From NCBI GenBank assembly GCA_951406725.2, contig OX597835.1:32984001-33048000 (forward strand): a stretch of DNA of 64,000 bases, in the 5' to 3' direction. Shown in pieces: positions 55,235-64,000 of the stretch. The stretch comes from Octopus vulgaris. Taxonomy: Eukaryota. Each line of letters opens with the position of its first letter. The first letter of the stretch is position 1. Under the pieces are notes generated by a model, which ran no database searches, was not told where the DNA came from, and worked only from the letters and a program-made list of their open reading frames with translations. The translations under genes and the position numbers were made by a program.

Positions 55235-56044
55235 GCTCTGTTGGTGTTGGTGGCGATGGTTGTAGTAGTAGTAGTAGTAGTAGTAATAGTAGTAGTGGGT
55301 TGTGTTGGTGGTGGTGTTGGTGGCGATGGTGGTTGTACTATAATGATATGGCATTTATGGTTATTAGCGTTATGTGCTATTAAGTCCTGGGAGTTTGATA
55401 AAACTTATAAAGATAACAAAATAACAAAAAAATAACACGAAAAGATGTAAAATAATATTTAATCGTCGTCATTGAAATCTATACAATTATCAAAGACGTA
55501 AATACTTCCAAATATTAATTCAACAAAAACATACGTAAATAAATAATGAAAAGAGCATTAAAATTGTAATTAAATTGGTTGGCGTGTAAGAATGAAATAT
55601 CGAAGAGAAATATAATATTGTAATATATGTAAATATAAAATATGTGTTTGTTTGAATAAATTGACATAACTCGTACATACACTGACATTTTGATATTCAG
55701 AAAATAATTCACAATTACTCCATTATTTATTATTATATGAAGCATAACTTGAGATAGATGAAAACTTTGCTTCGTCGACGAGGTAGGCGGTTTAAATATT
55801 GTTTGTTTAATGTTTGTTTAATGTCACGATCAGAGGACAAAGATTAGGCCCCGTGTATAGAATATGGAAATTAATGAGAGGAAGTGATGAAATCATTTTT
55901 AGTGTAAAAATGTTGTTTAAATGTTCTGGCTGAACCGTTTTGGCGCAGCAATTTTGGCGCGGCCCATTTGGCCTCGTTAATACAACGATGACTCATTTGA
56001 TACCAGATGTTTTAATGCTTCGTTTTCATATTTCTTTCAATAAC

Positions 56045-56490
56045 TCCTGTCTTCCAGATCTCTCTACCTCCCCACTCTCTCTCTCTCACACTTTCTCTTT
56101 CTCTCTCGCTATTTCTCTCTCTCTCTCTCTCTCTATTTCTCTCTCTCTTTCTCTTTCTCTCTCTCTATCTCTCTTTCTCTTTCTCTCTCTCTATCTCTCT
56201 CTTCTCACTCTCTCTCTCCCTCCCTGTGTTCTTGTCTGTTTGTATCTGTCTCTGTCTCTCTCATTGTCTTTCCTCATCTCTCTTTCCCTGTGTTCTTGTC
56301 TGTTTGTCTGTGTCTGTCGCTCTGTCTCTGTCTGTCTGTCTCTCTCTCTCTTTCCCTGGGTTCCTGTCTGCTTGTCTCTCTCCCTGTCCGTCTCTCCCTT
56401 CTCTCTCCCTCTCCATTCCTTCACTTCTCACTCTCTCTCTCTCCCCCTCCCTGTGGTCCTGTCTGTTTGTCACTGTCCCTGTCTGTCAAA
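56045..56490. repeat. Degenerate (CT)n/(CTGT)n low-complexity tract
   Basis: Direct inspection. Confidence 0.9.
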
Positions 56491-56601
56491 AACAAGTAAA
56501 ACATGAGATGAAAGGTCCAACATAACTGATCCCTACTTCTCTTTATCGAGTATTTTCTTATTAGGTTGCACCTTTTATATAAAAAAAAGATCATGATTAC
56601 A

Positions 56602-56918
56602 CAGAGTGAAACCTCGGTTTACGAATCTAATTCGTTCCTGAAAGCCGTTCGTCAACGAGGTGCTCGTAAACCGAAACTATTTTTCACATAGGTAATTCAA
56701 TAGAAAGAGCAGTGAGTTCGTACAGGGATGTGCATTGAGTGAAAGTTACACAGCAACTGATGCTCTTCCACTGATACACCAAGCTTGTTGCTCGGCTTGC
56801 ATGTTCGTTACTCGAGACACCATTCGTTACCTGAGAAGATTTTATATCCGAAAGAAAAAAAACGTTCGTAAACCGATTTGTTGGTGATGAGAGGCGTTCG
56901 TAAACTGAAGATCCACTG
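56602..56918. mobile_element. pogo/Tigger-like MITE
   Basis: Imperfect TIRs CAG..TGAAACCTCGGTTTACGAA / TTCGTAAACTGAAGATCCACTG-TA, with internal TTCGTAAACCGA subrepeats. Confidence 0.7.
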
Positions 56919-57524
56919 TAGTTTTATTGTGTCTTATTATATGGTCGTTGCAAAGTTATTTTGATACTCGGCGCAGTTTGTTCCATGAGGCTCCGCTAAA
57001 AGCGTATAAAGTGGGCGATAGAACTAAATCAATAAGAAGAATCTAAATAGCTATTTGTGAAATTGGCATGAAGCCCTAGGCAAGAAGAGAATTAAATGTT
57101 TTGCTCGGGGACAGATAGATTACAATGCACAATGTTGAATATCAATTATCATTATATACTGTAGGATATCACTTATCAGGATATCATTCTAAACGATGAA
57201 AAAAGATATTTTCATGGGAATATAATGGTTTGGCTATATTTTTAGATATGTGTTTGTTATGGAATATGTATTTACGTCTGTATGCATGTGAGCAAAATTA
57301 TATGAGGTGAGTGCGTATGTTTATATACTTGTGACTGCACTTGTGCGTGTGTGTGTGCTTATGTGTGCATGTGTAGGCCAAATGTGTGAGGGTAAAATCT
57401 ATTCTGTAAGTACACAGATCAAACCTCTGTGTACTATGTATATATATACGAAAGCATGTGTGTGCTGTCTATGTGTGTGCCGATTACATATGTACATATA
57501 CTTATATACACACACTCACATATG

Positions 57525-57990
57525 AAGGCGCAAGGATAAATGGTTAGAGCGTCGGGCTCACAATCATGAGGTAGTGAGTTCGATTCCCGGACCGAGCTAT
57601 GTATTGTGTTCTTGAGCAAGACACTTTATTTCACATTGCTCCAGTTCCTTCAACTGTGGAAATGAGTTGTGACGTTGGAGCATCGGGCTTGCAATTACGC
57701 GGTAGTGAGTTCGATTTCCGCACCGGGCTGCATGTTGTGGTCTTGAGCAAGACACTTTATTTCACGTTGTCCCTGTTCATTCAGCTGTAGAAATGTGTTG
57801 AGACTTCTCTGGTGTCTCAGCTGCATCAACCTTTGTCTTTCCCTTGGCATGGAGAGAGGAGGCTGCTATGCATGGGCGACTGCTGGTCTTCCACAAACAA
57901 CCTTGTCCGGACTTGTGCCTTGGAGGGTCATTTCTTGGTGCAATCCCATGATCATTCATGACCGAAGGGGATTTTGATTCTTTTACCCTT
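57525..57990 (+). mobile_element. tRNA-derived SINE with duplicated head
   Basis: AATGGTTAGAGCGTCGGGCTCACAATC..GAGTTCGATTCCC; the head repeats at ~57678. Confidence 0.75.
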
Positions 57991-58540
57991 CATATATATG
58001 CATATAGATGTAAGTGATGCGTTTATATGTAGCAACGTGTGTGCGTGGCTATATGGTAAAAAGGTGTTTATGGTAGCAGGTTTAGTCCACTGCGTGGCAA
58101 CTTGAGCTAGTGTCTTCTACTATAGCCTTGGTGCGACTAAAGCTTTGTGAGTGGATTTGGTAGAGGGAAACTGTATCTATGCATATATGTGCACGTGTTT
58201 GTGTGTATATTTAAACATCACTCTGTGTGTGTGCATGTGCGTAACGGGGGTTCATTTATATGCTTCTTATTGCTGTATAGTTTATTTTCTCTCGAAGATA
58301 ACACGTGACTGATTTATTTGATTTGAATAATGAATATTCATTTATTTTTCCCTAGAGGTGCTGGTTTACTTCAATCACTTCGATTACACAAGGGAACAAT
58401 TTTGAGCATTATTTCTTCTGAGTTTGCTTTTTCCCTTGATTTAGTCTAAAATTGGAATCCTGATTCCAAAACTGGTTAGTTGTCTTCTAACACGTTTATT
58501 TATTTTTTTGCTTCAGTTTATTCTCTGAATAAGCACAGTT

Positions 58541-58970
58541 GGGATCTTTTCGGTTTGAACGGCAGTTTTTCACATAATTTCTAGGTAACTAAAAAAATTT
58601 AAACTTCATATACTGATAGAATGTGTTCATAAAACATCTTTTTCTCTTGGCTTTATTAAAAAAATTCTATAGTTTGTAAGATATTTGTTTTTTTTTCTCT
58701 TCAATTTCTGCAATTTCAACCAATCACTGACGTCTATTGAGGTAAAAAAAACATTCTGTGCCTTATGAATATGTCCCTCGTTTAAGAAACAGATTGGGTT
58801 TATTTACATTTGTGAAGAAAAAAAGATACCCTTACCCCCACCCCTAACCCTAACTAACCCTAAACCTAAAACAGATTGAAATGCAATAAATCGATACTAG
58901 GGTCATAATTATGGGTGACAATTTCATATGACACTGCTAGAAAAAACTGCCGTTCAAACCGAAAGATCCC
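58541..58970. mobile_element. MITE with ~30-bp TIRs and a 6-bp TSD (ACAGTT)
   Basis: GGGATCTTTTCGGTTTGAACGGCAGTTTTT / AAAAAACTGCCGTTCAAACCGAAAGATCCC. ACAGTT at 58535-58540 and 58971-58976. Confidence 0.9.
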
Positions 58971-59221
58971 ACAGTTGTATTGTTTGTCCGTAAGTATGAG
59001 GGTGATCAGTTGCTTTTGTTATTTTATTGATTACATTGGGGAACAATTTCGAGAACGATTTTTTTATTAGTGTTACTAAACTTGATGGTGCTGAGTTCAG
59101 AATTTTCTATCACATCAAGTTATTTCATAACCTGGAATTCATTTTTAGGAAACAAGAAACTAGCACAAACCAAATAATATATTTTATTGTTTAACAAATA
59201 TAGTACACAAAAATGTTCATT

Positions 59222-59437
59222 ACCACCGTGATCACCGTGACCGACCAGGCTATCAGATGTTACTACACATCGCTGGTCACAATGCGATCTGCATTGTTTT
59301 AGCCTTCAAATGACGCTACCTCGCTGGCTAAGCGAGAAGGCCAACAGTAGAAAGAGTGAGAGAAATTTGTGGCGAAACAATACAGCAGGGTTCGCTACCA
59401 CCGTCTGCCGGTGCAACGCCCGGTCTGGGAATCGAAA
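59222..59437 (-). mobile_element. Truncated SINE family 2
   Basis: Homologous to 28583-28830. Confidence 0.8.
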
Positions 59438-59450
59438 GCATGTATATACA

Positions 59451-59683
59451 TATATACAACTTATAAATAAGGGCAAACGAAAAAATTTCTAATGCCAAAT
59501 ATGCCGAAAATTGGACATATTGTCCATAACCATATATGTCCAATTTTCTGCATATTTGGCATTAGAAATTATTTCGTTTGCCCTTATTTATAAGTTGTTT
59601 ATAATTTTAACCGTTAAAGGTATTTTTTAATATACTGGCCATTGATAAAATTCTTTTCTTTCGAAAAAAAAATTATCCTACAT

Positions 59684-59688
<5 letters not shown>
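59451..59688. mobile_element. Fold-back element with ~70-bp arms (59451-59520 / 59534-59603); same family as the HHR element at 63240-63610
   Basis: CATATTTGGCATTAGAA.T..TTC.TTT.CCCTTAT is shared with 63558-63600. Flanked by (TA)n. Confidence 0.85.
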
Positions 59689-59739
<51 letters not shown>

Positions 59740-59761
59740 GGTATGTATATATATGTATGTA

Positions 59762-60253
59762 TTGAGCTGTCCGGAAACTTCGTATCGATTTTTAAAGGAA
59801 AGAAAAAAGTCAATAAATACTTGCCATTACATTGTCAATCAACCAAATATGAACCATTTTGTTGCACAATGCTTCTCCATCTTTACTTAAACTTGAAAAT
59901 ACCATCTTCCCAGAATTGAGGTGGTTTCATGACAAAGAATGCATCGAGGCATCTTTTTATGTCATCCAAGGAATTGAAATTTTTACCATTAAGACTATTT
60001 TGCAGAGACCTGAATAAGTGGAAATCCGAAAGAGCAATATCTAGTGGATATAGAGGGTGGGGTAACATATCCCAGCCGAGCTGCAGCAATTTTTGTCTGG
60101 TTCCCAAAGCATCAAGTGCCGAAAATGAACTTTCTCATCTTCCGTTTTAAAGGGTTACAGAATTAACACAGGTTATAGGAATATAAACCTTCTTCCACGA
60201 AAAGATAGAAGGTAAGCTACTATAAATCGGTACGAACTTTCCGGACAACCCAA
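59762..60253 (-). mobile_element. Internally deleted mariner element with TIRs and TA TSD
   Basis: TIRs TTGAGCTGTCCGGAAACTTCGTATCGATTT / AAATCGGTACGAACTTTCCGGACAACCCAA. Peptide LGWDMLPHPLYPLDIALSDFHLFRSLQNSLNGKNF. Confidence 0.92.
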
Positions 60254-60261
60254 TATATATG

Positions 60262-60316
<55 letters not shown>

Positions 60317-61991
60317 CTATAAAATATCGATGATTAAGTAAATTGTAAAAAAAATAATAAAAACGTATATAATTGGTAGGTGTTTTTTCTAATTTTTATA
60401 TATATATGTATTATATTCTGTGAAATTTGATTTAGTATTTCTAAATTGAACCCTGTAAGTTAGGATTAATTTTCCCTCAAATAATAATTATATATATATA
60501 TATATATATATGTGTGCGTATGTATATATATATATATATATATATATACGCGCGCACGCGCACACACACATTCACAGAGTCCCATATAAACATATAAATA
60601 TATTGGTTGGTCTATTGTTATGACAGTGGACACTTGACTGAGTTGGCGTGCACTGAGATTGATGTAGAGACCCTAAGGTTGTAAAACCTTCTTTTCCCTT
60701 TTTATTAACTACAGTCAGAAACATGCCGTATGTTTGTCCAAATATATATTTAGAAAAACATCCCTGAGGATTTACACTCACCAACATCGTTGCCACCATT
60801 GTAATCATCAGACACCATACTGTTTCCACTTTACGTCTTTCACTACCAAACCATCTTTCCAATAACAATTAACATCAAAACTACCAAGAGCCTCAAGCAA
60901 CATCATGTCTACCACCGCCGCCACCGCCACCACCGCCGCCGCCACCACCACCACCACCACCTCAATCATCATCATCATTAGAATGATCCTCATTGACAGC
61001 ATCGTGGTCGTCGTCATCTTTTACTTTTGCTATCTTAACGTGAAGATTTTCGCGAATAAGCTTCTAAAGTTTTAAGTCTTCTAATATCATGAAGAAACTT
61101 GATAAATGTATTCAAATACCATCGCTACTTTCATCACCAGCGACACCATCACCATCATCATCACTACTTTCATAAACACCAACACCCTTATCATCTCAGC
61201 CATCTCTACCATCGACACCACCATCACCACCACCACCACCACCACCAGCATCACCGTAGCCAAGATATTAGAAATATCAATATGAACAGCATGCTCTTTA
61301 AGAATATTTCATTATGCCAGACAGTTGGCATTATTCTTTCCAATATTTCGCCCAAAAATCTACAAACATAAGTGAGAATGCTGCTCTTCTGGTTTTGCAA
61401 TACGAGACATTTTCATTTTTATCTTAATCTTCTTCTAGCCTCGAGACACGAACAAACACTAAGTTTTACATCAAGATGGAGTTTCAACAATTTTTCGTAA
61501 GTCTGGCGAATTTTTAAAGTCTGAATTGAATTGATTTCTCCTCCAGGAAATTGAATAATGTTGGAGAAAAGTAAGTCTTTTTATTGTTGTTGTTGTTGTT
61601 GCTGCTGCTGCTGTTGTTGTGGTTCTTGTTATTTATTGTTGCTTCTGTTGTTGACGTTATTAACTGAAAGGAAATTGAACAACGAAAGACAGTTTTACTT
61701 CAGTCTTTTAATATTTTATCTATGAAATCATAATTATCAATCTTATATAATAGCGGGTTGTATACGCCATTGTTTTTCAGATTAAGGGATAAAATCTCAG
61801 AAGTATTGAACTCTTCAAAATGGAGAAGCCATTAAGGAAAAAAGAAATCCTTTTGACTTGATATAATTTACCACCTACCTATCTCTAGAGGCCGAGAAAA
61901 TTTCTTTTGTATGCTATTAAATATGCTCCTTATCGATTTTGTTGTTTAAACACATACACACACATATATATAAATATACATACACACACAT

Positions 61992-62022
<31 letters not shown>

Positions 62023-62891
62023 CATACAAAAATACCCTCTTGTTGATGTTAAAATTCCAATGAAAGAGCCTTGGATGTATGTTAGAAACTGACTCTTTCG
62101 CTAATGGCATGATATCTTGAAATAAAACTGAATAATGACATACATATATACCTACATACATAATACATACATACATATATACATAATGCATACATACATA
62201 CATACATACATACATACATACATACATCATACATACATACATACATCATACATACATACATGCATACGTACGTACGTACGTACGTACATAGATACATGTA
62301 TGCATCTATTTATATGCACAGACATAAATAGAAACAGGTATTTCATATTTGGCCTGAACCTAATTCATTGAACCTCATCTGATATATGTCTCTTAAAGAA
62401 TTGCTAAAAATATTCGTAGCACACGCTCCGGATGCAGCTATAACAGCGCTTATTGATGTACATATATTTGATGCACTTCGCAGTGGCAGATTTCATACAA
62501 ATGTAATAGATTAGAATTATTTTGAAGTTTCACCGAATTCCAAGAACTTATCGCTTTTGTATGGTGAACGTATACAATAATTTGAATCTATTCAAATCAC
62601 ACATTTTATAAATCAGTTGACACAGTCACTGATTGCTTCTAATGAGTCAGTCACTTCTCAGAGACGTGACGTGTCCTAGTAGGATAAATGTACTATATTT
62701 TTACTTCTTATGTTTTAAAATTAACGTCATGAACTTTTTCCGAAAGTATAGGCGCAGTGTTAGCTGTTTGGTAAGAAGATAGCTGGGTAAACGACAAAAC
62801 TGGCATCCTCGGCTCTTATCTACTGCTACAGCCCACGGGCCGACTATAGCATTTTGAGTGGATCTGGTGGACGGAAACTGAAAGAAGCTCG

Positions 62892-62933
<42 letters not shown>

Positions 62934-63084
62934 TAAATTAGAGATAACACCACTATTAGGTAACTCAAACAGTGATAGACATAATCATAAGTTTGGATAT
63001 ACTCCCTAATGTTATTATTATTATTTTTATTATTATATATATATATGTGTGTGTGTGTGTTTGTGTGTATATATATGTATATAT

Positions 63085-63205
<121 letters not shown>

Positions 63206-63414
63206 TATGTATATGTACACTTAGTTATAAATTGAATAGTGTTCACTTCCGGATTCTCTCACTCTGTGAAAGTTTCTAGTTCGAATCACACGTGTCTTGA
63301 GATGTACCGAAGATTTTCTATTTTGGATATATTAGGGGTACTTAAGTCTGCTCAAGACTTAGTACTTGCTTTTTCCATGGGTATGAGTAAGTATTTCACT
63401 TATATCTCACGTAT

Positions 63415-63475
63415 TTATCGCTGAAGAGGGGAAAATTCTTATGAATTAACCCCGAAATTGGGACCAATTCGGTAA
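63415..63475 (+). ncRNA. Type I hammerhead ribozyme, family E
   Basis: ttatcg CTGAAGA gggg-(18 nt)-cccc GAAA ttgg-ga-ccaa TT^ cggtaa. All three stems and both core boxes are present. Confidence 0.85.
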
Positions 63476-64000
63476 TGACAGATTTTTTAGAAATTTCTAT
63501 CGGTTTGTTTCGAGACTCATAAATTATAATGTTTATTGACAATTTCTGTCTTTTTTTCGGCATATTTGGCATTAGAATTTTTCTTTTACCCTTATCTTGT
63601 AAATTATTTATATATATATATATATATATAACCACGTATATATATATATATATAGACACACACATGCACGCACGCACATGCACACACATACGCGAGCACA
63701 CACACATATATATAAGAGAATGCTGAAATGAATACCAGGTTTTTAAAAGAAGCTTGGGATCGAACCCTTAACCAAACTCCTTGTAGGCGTATGCTAGCAT
63801 AATTGCAGTCCGATGCCCGACACAAGAAAAAATTAATACATACGTTATTAACCACACCGCATATGTCGCGTTCGGTCGCTGAACAAGACTCGTACATTTA
63901 TCTTATTTTTATTGTTTTCTATTTATATGGCACAATCACTTAGCCGACAGAGATACGATTACTGTAGTTATTGTTGACAGAGACTCAGACATATAAACAT

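Noticed and set aside
58842-58868. Interstitial telomere
   Set aside because: Only a few degenerate CCCTAA units, located inside a MITE.
62035-62140. Hammerhead in the short repeat also present at 24720-24820
   Set aside because: GAAAC follows a hairpin, but no CUGANGA core is present in either copy.

Overview
AT-rich, microsatellite-saturated animal DNA. The SINE families and composition suggest an octopus or other coleoid cephalopod; this is inferred from recalled repeat families and was not verified. I find no convincing host protein-coding gene, and almost all ORF-track entries are translated microsatellites. The window holds many tRNA-derived SINEs plus decayed Helitron, Tc1/mariner, MITE, CR1, RTE, R4/Dong and Penelope (GIY-YIG) pieces. 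The main signal is a set of hammerhead-ribozyme (HHR) elements inserted in (TA)n tracts. Two young tandem arrays (4608-7876, ~498-bp unit; 48351-51099, 481-bp unit) carry one type I hammerhead per unit, and both flip orientation internally into a head-to-head, tails-out structure. Fold-back or monomeric relatives from several other sequence families also occur. Their 3' ends share a CC(C/T)T + AT-rich motif that is also found at the end of the Penelope remnant. The picture fits a diversified, Penelope-mobilised non-LTR retrozyme (circular RNA) system.
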